Assembly (NCBI GenBank): GCA_051294375.1 | Contig: CM119271.1 | Span: 9,439,308-9,503,307, forward strand | Direction of reading: 5' to 3' | DNA length: 64,000 bases | Source: Paraspadella gotoi | Taxonomy: Eukaryota > Animalia > Chaetognatha | Shown here: one piece after another, positions 38,801 through 57,876 of the stretch | Numbering within the stretch: the stretch's first letter is position 1 | How the letters are laid out: the number at the start of each line of letters is the position of its first letter | Translations under genes and position numbers: made by a program | The notes under the pieces: generated by a model | What the model saw: the letters and a program-made list of their open reading frames with translations, nothing else | What the model was told of the DNA's origin: nothing | Database searches by the model: none

Positions 38801-40910
38801 TTAGGAAGAGATAAAGAGCGCTTCCCTTCTTCTTTATACTTGTAATTAATGTTAGACGGTTACACTTTGATCCAATTAATGATTTGACTTTAAAAGAAAC
38901 TTGAATTAAAATTTTTCATTACCTTAAATTTTTTATCCATTCCTGATTTTTTTAAAAATTTTTTTGTTTTTTGGAGAAAAAAAATAATCAGCTTAAACAA
39001 GGCCAGACGGAAAGTGATGGAACTCAACAATCGTACGGAAAAAACTGGACAAATTTCAACTATAATCTGCCGTTCTGACACTGAATGCTATTTAAGTTAG
39101 TAAACAGTGAATGAAAACAATTTAATTCTTTAATCATTTTCAAACAGAAAACCACTACAGTACTAGGCACTCGAAGGACAGAGTACAGAAGTTCGTCGTC
39201 TGTTCGTCTTTGTTGGAAATCATTTGAGTTCCTGAAAAGTCGACAGCAAAATTTCAAATTGAATTGATAATAAAATCTGAAATGGCATGTTGATTTTTTC
39301 ATAATTTTTTTGTTAATCCTTTCTCTCTCATCTCTATCTCAACTCGTTATAAATAATTTATAGGATATATGTTTCAGTTTACAATATTTACAACGAATTT
39401 TATTTCAAAGAAACATTTCAAACGTTTGGCTTTGAATGCCAAAGCCTTCATCAAGCGTCAAATATTTTGTAAATTGTTAGACAAGTTTTTGTGTGAAAGA
39501 AGGAGAGAAGAGTGAGAGAGTTAGAGAACTTGGCTCTCCCGCGTCGCGAGGAGAGACGAGAGAGAGAGAAAGAAAAAGTTTTCCCGCCAACGATACGCAA
39601 TATTAGGTCACTCTGTTTAATCGGAGTGATCTCGGTCAAGTTAAAATTTTTTTTATACACGTAACGTTTTCCGTTCCATCAAAACGCGTTAATTAGGTCA
39701 TGTGACGGACAACGACGAACGAAACGAGACGACGACGACGACGTCACAAAGAAAAAAGCAAACCTAAAAATTATAGCCTGAACCCGCTTCGCCGGTCAAG
39801 CTCGATAAAAAATCATTGACAGTGTTAATGAGTTCGCTTTGCTGTCATCTTCACCGTCGTTTTCGTCTTCATCGTTTTCGTCTCTTGTCTTTCGTTGTCG
39901 GTTTTGTCTTTCCTCTTCGTCGTCGTTTTCGTCTTTTTTTTGTCTTTTCGTTGTTCGTTTTGGTCTCCTCTCGTCGTTGTTTTCCTCTACTTTTTTCGTC
40001 ATATTCACTTATTTTTTTGTTTTGTTTTGTCGTTTTCATCAATTATAATAACAATCAACATGTCAATGATTAACTTATTAATCTGTACTTTGGAATCTGT
40101 TGACGTCGAGAGAAAGAGAGAGAGAGAGGAGAGAGAGAGCTAGAAGAAGATAAGAGAGAGAGAAACAACAGTCAAAAACTAAATCCCCGCTGCTTGCAGA
40201 AATTGAAACCTCTCTTTCTTCTCTCTCTTTCTGCTGCCGTACTCTTGTTTCTTTTACTTCGTCATATTTTTTTCATGGTCTTCGCCTTCATTTCGTCGTC
40301 GTTTTCGCCTTCGTTTTTGTCGTCTCTTCGTCTGTGTCGTCGTCGTCGTCCTTGCTGTCGTTTTCGTCATCGCTTTGTTGTCGTTTCCGTCGTCGTGTTG
40401 TCGTCTTCCTTCGTGCTCGTTTTCGGAGTTTCGTTTTTGTCATCGTATTGTTGTCGTCCTTTGTGCTTTCATCATCGTTTTTGTTGTTGTTGTCGTCTTG
40501 GTTCATCATTTTCGTCGACGATTTCGTCGTTGTTTTTTGTTTGGTTATCCATTTTTTCGTCTTCGCCGGTCGTTTTTCGTCATCTCTAGTTCGATGGTTT
40601 TGTCTTTTCGTCTTTTTCGTTATTCTTGCGTCATTGTCGGATTTCAAGAATTAATTTTTAGAGTAGTTGGAAATAAAAAAAAATTCTATTATACCATCTT
40701 ACGTGAAAAAAAAATCGAGAACTTGGAAAAAGATTGCCTCTTACCGATTTTTAAAACAAAAATAGGCGAGCTGACAACATCGAATTTTTGATCCACTTTC
40801 CCCAATTGGAGCGAGAAGAAAGAACTATCATTTTTGAACGGGGAATGAAGGAACAAAAACGTTAATGAAATCAGCCTTTTACCCCCCCTGACCCCCTCGA
40901 TACTGGGTCC

Positions 40911-41490
40911 TAAAGGGAGTGGTCTTTCATACAATTGAAACTTTCTTTGAAATATTATACCACTTCATTGATAGGGAAGCCAGGCACTCTGGGAGTGAAT
41001 AAACGAGACTGTGAGAGAGTCTTGATTGAAACTTGCAGGGACCTGCTATGTCATTATCTTGTAAGAGTGATGGAGGCTTTAAACCACCAAGCCTGTCCAA
41101 AGTCAGGGGCAAGATAGCTTATTTATTAAATGAATGGATAATTTTTTATATTGGTTGTACCAATTTCATAAAATTCAGTCCTTGTATTTTGATGCTAGTG
41201 CGGAGTACAATAAGTATTCCCGACCTAATACTTAAGGGAGTGGTCTTTTCATACAATTGAAACTATTCATGGAAATATTATACCGCCTCATTGATAAGGA
41301 AGCCAGGTACTCTGGGAGTGAATAAACGAGACTGTGAGAGAGTCTTGAATGAAAGCTTGCAGAGACCTGCTATGTTATTCCCTTGTAAGAGTAACCTAGG
41401 CCTTAGCCCACTATTGCCTGTCCATTGGACAAAGTCTTGGGCAAGATAGCTTATTTATCAAATAAATGGATAATCTTAAATTGCTTGTAC
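40911..41490 (+). repeat. ~320-bp repeat family, ~1.8 tandem units
   Basis: Unit start TAA(A)GGGAGTGGTC at ~40911 and ~41233. Confidence 0.8.
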
Positions 41491-43008
41491 CAATTTCACA
41501 GCATAGCCTGTCCAAGGTCTGAAAGGTTAGAAAGAATGTATATTTTGGCTGTGATTAATGTCTCTACCAATTTCATATTTGACGGCCCTACGACAATGGG
41601 AAAATTCTTCGCTGTGAGATTCCCCTGTCGTGAATTCGCTCAACGTTAGACTTTGACCATCGCTTCGTCGTTGTGAACTTCACATCGAAGCCGATTCGAA
41701 TCTTAAACCGGTCTGGTCGAACCAGTCCGAGACCGGTTTGAACTGGTTCCCGGTAATGACATGTCACGAACCTTTGTGAGACTTTTGAAGTGGTTTTTTT
41801 TGGGGGGGGGATTGAAGAAAAAAGCGTTAATCATTTCTAAAAACTGAACTTTGACTTCGGTGGAATAAAATCGATAAAGTTAAGTCAATAATAGAAAAAA
41901 AAAACTTTAACTATAACTTGAAATATTTACATTACTACAATGAGGCCACCCACGTGTTTGACGAATCTAATGGACCACTTGGGTTCCATAATCGGGTTTT
42001 TGAATCGGCAGCCGCCGCCGCCGCCGCAGCAGCAGCAGTCAATTGCCCCTTCGACGATCTCGAAACTGGTTGAGAGTCTCAAAGGTTTAAACACGAATTG
42101 CGGCAATTTTTAACGATCATTAACTGGTCTGTCGGTCGATAAAAAATAAATAAAAAGTTTTGAATATATAAATTTTTCTTTTAATTGCAATAAACTATTG
42201 TTATCTCTGGGTAATTTTTGGGTCAAGAGTACTTGCCGAGCAGCAAAATAAATAAATAAATAAATGAATAACGGCATGTAGTATGCAAATGAGAATCAGA
42301 GCGAGGTTTGTAGAAAACAAATGATAAGTCAATGAGACGCCACGATACAAAATTTACCGTTCCTTGTAAAGGTCTAAAAAAAAAAAAAAAATTACATACA
42401 ACCCAACGAAATACCATGCAAACTCTTTTGCTGAAAAATCGTACTCCTCCACCGCTGCCAAGACCTGAATATTTTATAGTTCCCTATTTGCCTATTGTCT
42501 CCTAACTAATAAACACATCATATTTTTTTTTTTGCGCTTTAATTGAGGCTTATATTCAATACGTCACTGAACAACGTAAGAATTGCGGGAGTCGAGAACC
42601 TTCTAGATCCGATGCCCTCTCTGCATATTTATTTACGCTACAGGTCCGTCGGGTTTTAGATGTCATTATGATAAACCATTTACCCAAAAACTAGTATTTA
42701 TAAAATTATTCGAGCATATTCACGCGATCGGACCCGCGCTATTAATCGATTTAATTAATTATTAGTTTTTGTTTTTTTAAAATTATTCGTAACTAATCAA
42801 CCCTCACCCACGCCTTCCCTTTGCGTATCGAACCGTCTAACGTTGAGCGCGACGATGTCGTCGTCGTTGTCGTCGTCGTTGTCGTCGTCGTCGTCATGTT
42901 CATCTTCGTCGTCGCCGTAGTCGTCGTCGTTGTTATCGTTGTCGTCGTCGCGACTCCCCGTCAAAAAATTCTATCCTGAAAGAGGGAATATGAGAGAGAG
43001 AGCGAGAG

Positions 43009-43085
<77 letters not shown>

Positions 43086-43123
43086 GCAGAGCGGTAATTC
43101 GAAAGAGAAACCCCTAAAACGAA

Positions 43124-50717
<7,594 letters not shown>

Positions 50718-51681
50718 CGTAATTGTGAAAATGAAAATTTATCATTAGCAGCAATTTTACAGTAAGGGTCGATCGCACGCGCTGGATTATAGATATCGTA
50801 ATTATTGATAATTTTCCACAAACAAATGTACTACGATGTTTAACTGAATATAATTTGAATATCCTTATGAAACGAAACGGAAGCCCAGACATTTTTCGTT
50901 CACCATTGGGCCCGTCGTAGTCGTGCGGTCTCGCTTGTTGCATGGCATGACAAGGAGCGCATGACATGTCAATCCGATCTCATTTGAACTCGACAAGCCC
51001 CCGTCTGGATAGGAACCGTGGAATCGCTCCGCCCTTACTCGGGAAGGACTTGGCGGCCGAGAGATCGATATTCGCCGGGGGGGGGGGCGAAGGATTTTTT
51101 GGCTCTAATTTCCAAATGTGCCTCGTTTCAGTTCCTTTATCACTAATATTAATTTTAATTTTGATATTTTACCAAACTTAATTTTAATATTAATATTTAA
51201 CTTTAATCTGATACCAAACTTATCTTTTTAATTCTTAACTCTTTTTATTTATTATAATCCTTAACAGCAATTTAATCTTTAACCCAAACCCTCAATGCTT
51301 ATAGTTAAACTGACCTTACTCTAATCTATAACCTTAATCACTAACATAATCCCTCAATTAATCCTTAAATTAATAACTTAAACCCTAACCTTAACCTAAT
51401 ATTTAAACTAAAAAATTATCTTAATTTCGAATTTAAGCTAAAACGGGGCGCTTTGGGAATATAAGGCCGATTATTTAGACTTGATCGGCGAGGGAGATTT
51501 TATTTTTTTTTGGTTGGTTGGGCCGTCATAAAAGCGGCAAGTTTGGCTACCGACGATTTGTAGCTCGTCTCTCTTTCCCGTGCTCATTTCGAAATTGAAT
51601 CGGCGGCTAGGGTTGGGGATTGTAGTCGTGATTGAGCGTGATAGGAATAAAGCTATTCGTGGCGTTTGTAACAGTATTTAA

Positions 51682-51767
<86 letters not shown>

Positions 51768-53440
51768 AAGCCTTCTAAATTCTTGATAAAAAGCATTCCT
51801 CATTTCTCCCTAACTTAAAACATTCAAATTGCAGAAACAAAACAAAATAACAGGCCAAGCCACGCCAACACGCCAACCATCCAAATTCTAGCCTCGCCAA
51901 TGGCCCTCAGTTTATTCCGCCACCTCCTATTTATTCCAGCCTCTCACGCTCTCACACAAAAAAAAAGGCTCCACATTCCTGAGTTGACAATCCACGTCCA
52001 GGAATTGTTTGAACGAAACTCGGCAGAACCTCGGCTAGTTCACGCTGCATCCGAGATTCGCCGCGGCTCCGGCGCGCCGTCCTGCGGCCATTGGACGTCG
52101 AAAAGAATGAAGAGTGTCGATTGGAGGAAACGAAACGACTCGGCCGCGCATTCGTCGGACGGGAACTTTGAGAATTCGAGGCAGTGACGTCGTTTCAGTC
52201 TCGGTTCACGTATTTTCGTTTCAACGTTTCGACGCAGGCAGGTTTGGGAGAACCAGAAGAAGACAAAAAAAAAAAATATTCGAAGACAAATCTCGTATTT
52301 TTATTTTTATTCTCCTCGAGTGGTTTTAAAAAACGAATCTTGAAAAAAAAAAAAAAAAAAGAATTTCTCGAAAGTTAAAAATTCTAGGATGAAGCTCGGA
52401 ATTTAAAATCGGCAATCTTAGAAAACAGAGGGGAGTCTCAGAAACATATGCCGGAGCAGGTAAACGGAAATAGATGACGATATTGAGAGATGTTTGTTGC
52501 TTCTCTTAGCTCGGAATGTTTAGTTGGAGCTTGGAATATTCTTTGGATCCTGCTAATTCTCTTCTCTACCTAGAAATAGAAACTAGTGTAATCTTATATA
52601 ATATTGTACCAAGACTGTACTAAGATTGTTTTATTTCTTTGTTTCTGTATAATGTATACTTTTTTTTTAAATTTTCTTTCTCTGGTCTTCTCCCTCTTTT
52701 TACCAGGAACCGCCTCCTTTGTTTCTGGATTTTAATTTGGTTAATTTTAAGTAATTAAAACGTAATTTATGTTTGAATTTATCGAGCTCTTCTAAGTCAA
52801 GATAGTTTAAAGTTTCGTCTCAATGTTTTTCTCTTTGTTTATCCTTCGATTTAGGAGAATTCTCTCGTGACCTCCACTAGTCTCTCTCTCTCTCTCTCTC
52901 GTCACTTACCAATTCTTTCCCCTACGTCATTCGATTACCCAGGTTTTTCTTTCATCCTCTTAGCTCGGCTGAAACCGACAGACCGACAGACCGACCGACC
53001 GCAGGAGCAGCAACCTTCTTCCGCTGAATCTAAAAAAGAAAAGAAGTTAACTTACTTTTCTCACTTCCTACGCAGCCGCCGATCGTCGGAATGAGTAAGT
53101 TGCTCACCCCTTTCTTCTTTGTTTTTTGTCGTAAGAAGAATGGTTCGTTTTAAATCGAGTTTCTGAAGGATTATCAAAGTAAGTACCCCTCTTCAAAATT
53201 AAACCCTTTTGCGTTTTTTTTTTATTAATATCTCTTAACAATCTCGGGAAATGAGTCACAATACGTTCTTTTGGCGAGAATCTTTAAGGCCAATCCTACT
53301 AATGACGCAATCCACAATTCAAGACGAAAAAAAAACCCCAAAAAAACCGCCGAGCCTCGTCTTGTTTATCTTATTTTCTAAACGGGGAGAAAAACAGTTC
53401 AATTCATTTCGTCTTGCACATGGTCTAACTCGGTTCGAAG

Positions 53441-53517
<77 letters not shown>

Positions 53518-54652
53518 AACATTCCTGGCAAGATACTGGCTGAAAACTGTTTTCGCTCATTGAAGGAAGGAAAAAAAAAAAGACGTGAGTAGAGGGCGAC
53601 AGATAAAATCCTCAGATTATGAACGGATTTGTTGTGCAATGTTTTTTTTTTTGTTCCTTCGTTAAGGTTATCGGGAAAAATCGTGATTATTGTGATTATG
53701 TTTAGGATAGACATCAATGACGGCAAAAGTTAATATTTTGAAAAAAAAGAATGAAAGAAAGAAAGAAGTCAATTAAGAAAGAAAGAATGTAAGAATAAAA
53801 GAAAGAATGAAAGAAAGAAAAAAAGAATAAAATGAAAGAAAGGAAAAAAATAAAGAGTGAAAGAAGAGAAAAAGAAAATGAAAGAAAGAAAGAAATAACG
53901 AGGAAGAAACAAATAGAAAGAGATAGAAAGAAAGAAGAGAGTGAGAAGGAGAAAAAGAAAACACGATAACTCCGATGAAAAAAAAGTTTATAGCCATGTA
54001 CATAAAAATATTTAATATCATTAACAACAATCTTTCACTACTTTCACGATTTAAAACTCATTCGATTCACTTCCCTCCGCATATTGACCTCCTAAACTCC
54101 GGATGTAATCCGCTCAAACCGGTTCCACTCTATTTTTCCTTTGTCTCCGAATGTCGGTTCGACGCTGGAGTTTTCAAAACGAATTCAGGTTTCGTCTCCA
54201 TTTTTTTTTTAAAACTCAAAACCTCGTTTTGTTTCGGGGAGAGAGAGAGAGTGCTTCTCTGTGTGGAAAGACCGAGCGATTAATTTCGTCTCTCAGCCGC
54301 GTGGGCCGAGATTTTGTGACGAAGGTGGACCAGTTTCGAGTTCGATCACCTCACCTTCGGATTAACTTACCTTTTCGACGCTCTGCACCGAGACAAAAAA
54401 AAAAGGGTTGGGAATCGCCGAGGACAAGTTTTGGATTTTGAAATCGCGGATTGAATTGCGTCAACCGATTTTTGTTTTAATAAAGAGGCGTGCCCTCTGA
54501 CCGGCTCACTGCCCTGTACCCGCCCCACTGCCCTCTGCCCAGGTTTAGAAAGGGATCTTGTCTTTTCCCTCTGACCTTCCAAGCCTCGAGGCCAAATACG
54601 TTTGCAGGGCCTCAAAACGTCCTTCCAAGAGAGCCGAGTTTTTATCGATCGA

Positions 54653-54713
<61 letters not shown>

Positions 54714-55583
54714 CGCCTTCAATACTCTTTATTAATGGTAAGCGACCGGACGAGTTTTCGGCCGTTGTTAAGGAGTGGACGCGATACCGGGTACCGAGGA
54801 AGTGACCGGACCAGTTTTTTGGGATTAACCCGGTTAACAAATTGTGTCCTCGACCACTTTTTTTTTTTTTATTGACGTACATACCAAAACTGGTTATCGA
54901 TCTACGCCCCGGCATTTTTTTTATATGGCAACGCCTTTATTTTCTTCTCCTTCCCCATTTTTCTTAGTCTTTTTCTTTTCTTTTTTTTTTCTTAGTTTTT
55001 TTTTCCCTCTTTATTCCCGGTGATTCAGGCCGGAGTTGGCCGCTTTACTGCCAACCAGTTGAAGATTTCTTTTTGTGCCGGTCGATTTTGCGGTGAGAAA
55101 TTGGAAAGGTTTTTTTTTTTTCGAGAAAAAAAAAGTTGGCGGAGGAAAATAAGTAAACTTATCTTCTTAAAGATTTGCAAATATATCTCAATATAACCTG
55201 GGTAATTGGGCTACACAAGCCAATTCGGATGAACGATGAATCTATTTTGCGATTGCAATCTGGTTGCAAAGGAAGATCTCTCATTTTCCGATTTTGTTTA
55301 TTTTTGTTAAGAACTGGAACAATTTAAATTTAACCCATCTATGACAATAATTTTCGTCGTTTATTTGTACAGTATTCAACTCATAATAAATCAATCAAAC
55401 TTCTTCTTTCTCTAACTTTTTTTTTACTTTTTGTGTCTATTTTTCTTTTGATTTCAAAACCAGTCCATTATTCCGAGCCCTCTCTGGCATAAAATAGAAC
55501 AAGAATTTCCTTCTTATTAAAATCGAGCTCCTCGCAGTTCACTAACCCAGACTCGATTCACAGCAAGAAGGATGTTCACCCCC

Positions 55584-55608
55584 NNNNNNNNNNNNNNNNN
55601 NNNNNNNN
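55584..55608. other. Assembly gap (25 N)
   Basis: N run. Confidence 1.
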
Positions 55609-56009
55609 GAAGAGATGAGAGTTATGAAATGATATTGAACATTATTAGGTAAGTCGATGTGAATGAATGAAGATGATATGAACGTGTATATGTATATTGC
55701 GAGATCGAGTGAGAATGAAGGAGCGAAATAGATATGATATCGAAAAGGATAGTAAAAACTGAGAAAGAATAAATGACCCAATGAAGTCGAGATGAATGAT
55801 GAACTCGTAGAAAGTATTATCAATATTGCAATAAAGATAAATGGTATGATATTGCAGTATAATGCATGATATATGAATGTTTGATACTACTAAAAATAGA
55901 AAGAAAGGAATAGAATGAGTATGAGTGAAATGAAGTAAATGAAATGAAATGAATGGAAGAATGAGAAAGAAGAGAAGTAAACACGGAACCACCGAAGAGA
56001 AATGACAAC

Positions 56010-56125
56010 AGAAAAAGAAATTATTTCATTTCTAAATTTGTGCTCACGATGGAATAAAAAAATTCATGGCGATGTTTCGTGCCTCGACAAAATTCGACGT
56101 TTTTAAGTGTCCTCTCATTTCCTCT

Positions 56126-56157
<32 letters not shown>

Positions 56158-56348
56158 ATCGGGCATTTTATGATCGCGTTGTGAAGGTGGGTTCAGTAAG
56201 GGGGGGGAGAGGGGGGCACTGCAGAGAGAGAGAGAGAGAGGAAATGAGAGGACACTTAAAAACGTCGAATTTTGTCGAGGCACGAAACATCGCCATGAAT
56301 TTTTTTTACCACCTGGAGTCACAAATTTAGAAATGAAATAATTTCTTT

Positions 56349-56350
<2 letters not shown>
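56010..56350. repeat. Long inverted repeat (foldback/MITE-like), ~125-bp arms
   Basis: ATTCATGGCGATGTTTCGTGCCTCGACAAAATTCGACGTTTTTAAGTGTCCTCTCATTTCC matches its reverse complement at ~56239-56300. Confidence 0.9.
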
Positions 56351-56379
<29 letters not shown>

Positions 56380-56629
56380 TCCTCTCTCTCTCTCTGCGCT
56401 TCTGCGAATCGAAAACGACAAATTATGGTTCTTTTTTAAAAGCCTCAAAAAAATATTCAATCAGGTTTCGAATCGAGTTTTGCGATTTTTTTTTTTGGTC
56501 TTCAGTCTTTCATTTCAATTTCTTTCTTTTGTCTCCTCTTTTTCGACGCTGGGAAAGTTTCGAGGGAAGAGTGAGGACTAAGGAGGGTAAGAAAGAATCT
56601 CACAACGGAAGCTGTCGCCTCGTTTTGGG

Positions 56630-56995
56630 TTTAGGGTCTGCAGCGTTTGTGATTGTGATTATATCTGTTTGTGGTTTTGAGTTTTTAAAGCATGATTTAT
56701 CTTGATTGAAAACTGGTAAGTTGGGAATGAAAAAGAATTAAAGTAATTTTAGTCTTTTTCAATTTTTGTCAGTTGAATGTTTGAATTAATGAATGCTTAT
56801 TTAATAGTTAATCCGTCAGAAACGTCTGAAACGGCCTCCAAAATATATCCCGCTTGTTGCTTTGGCTTAATACGACGAGAATAATAAACTCAAGTTGGGA
56901 AAGAAAATAGAACTACAATGAGCTGTTTACTCTATACAGTTACTCTTTATTTATGAATTTCATTTTTTTCTTCGTCTCGACGTAGATGGCCTGCC
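56630..56995 (+). repeat. Left copy of the direct duplication flanking the viral insert (lacks 266 bp present in the right copy)
   Basis: Matches 62241-62333 plus 62593-62874 except for homopolymer lengths. Confidence 0.95.
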
Positions 56996-57108
56996 TGTTT
57001 GTGCCTCTGTAGTTTCGATCACGTTGGCTGACTTTAGTTCTTAAATAACGTTCAGTTTTTGGAACAGGTTGGCGAGTTTATTTATCAACAAACAATTGGC
57101 GACGAGGA
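56996..57108 (+). mobile_element. Short 99-bp LTR-like unit (TGTTTGT...ACAAACA, 56996-57094) followed by PBS TGGCGACGAGGA (57097-57108)
   Basis: TG..CA ends with a 7-bp terminal inverted repeat; PBS complementary to the animal tRNA-Ser(GCU) 3' end (recalled as ..TCCTCGTCG-CCA); starts exactly where the flanking duplicates diverge. Confidence 0.7.
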
Positions 57109-57555
57109 ACGAAGATAAAAATGTTTGTTTCATAAAAACGAGGTGTGAAATTAATTCTTAATTTCGAGATTAAAATATAAAAACGTAAATATAAAATCAA
57201 TTAAAAATAAACCCCAACGGCGAGATGTTAAAAACGTTGAACGTTCTAGAGGCAACGACTTTCTCTCTCTAAAACATTGTTAAAGTTAAAAATAAGACGG
57301 ATACCAATTGTCCCTTTTTTCCCCCTTTCTTCGCGACTGAATCAGTTGTAAAACTTTTCCCTATTATTTGGCCGTCTCGATCGCGATGTCGTCCGCCGGT
57401 GACTCGCGGACGTTGAACTTTTATTCCGCGCGGGAACGCTCGCGTCGGCCGCCACGACCGTCAAAACAGTTTTGGGTGTGCTGTTCATGACGGGTCCCGT
57501 TCCGAGTTCCTCTTCACCTTTTCCCTTCATGTTCCTTTCGTTTTTCCTGTTGTGT

Positions 57556-57876
57556 CTATCCTCTGACTTCAAGGGGACGTTCCCCTTCTATTTCGATGCG
57601 GCGCGTCACCGCTTCCGTTCGGTCGAATAGAAACCGCGCCGGCACCTTCTCAACTCCCTCCAGAGCGTTCAATCTCCATTGGTCTCTTCTTATTCTTGCC
57701 ACATTGTACACCTCTCGCAGCTCCTCCACGCTCTGCAACTTCCTTGCTTCTAACTTCTCACATTCCGCATAATCCCGCCTGCACCGCGTGATTCTCCTCT
57801 CAACTCTCGCGTGGTCCCAGCCTTCCCGTTGGTGCAACCTCGCTCTCCTCACATCTTCACCTGGATCGTAGCTGTA
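57556..57876 (-). pseudogene. Probable frameshifted C-terminal continuation of the RdRp P-loop domain
   Basis: Overlapping frame reads YSYDPGEDVRRARLHQREGW, resembling an NMP-kinase-like lid region. Confidence 0.6.

Noticed and set aside
39415-39460. Hammerhead-like motif on the minus strand
   Set aside because: Core mutated (TTGATGA, G of GAAA missing); likely a dead pLTR relic. A similar relic lies at ~33175-33220
39796-40791. Cluster of overlapping hydrophobic/charged ORFs
   Set aside because: Low-complexity (TCG/TTG)-rich sequence open in all frames
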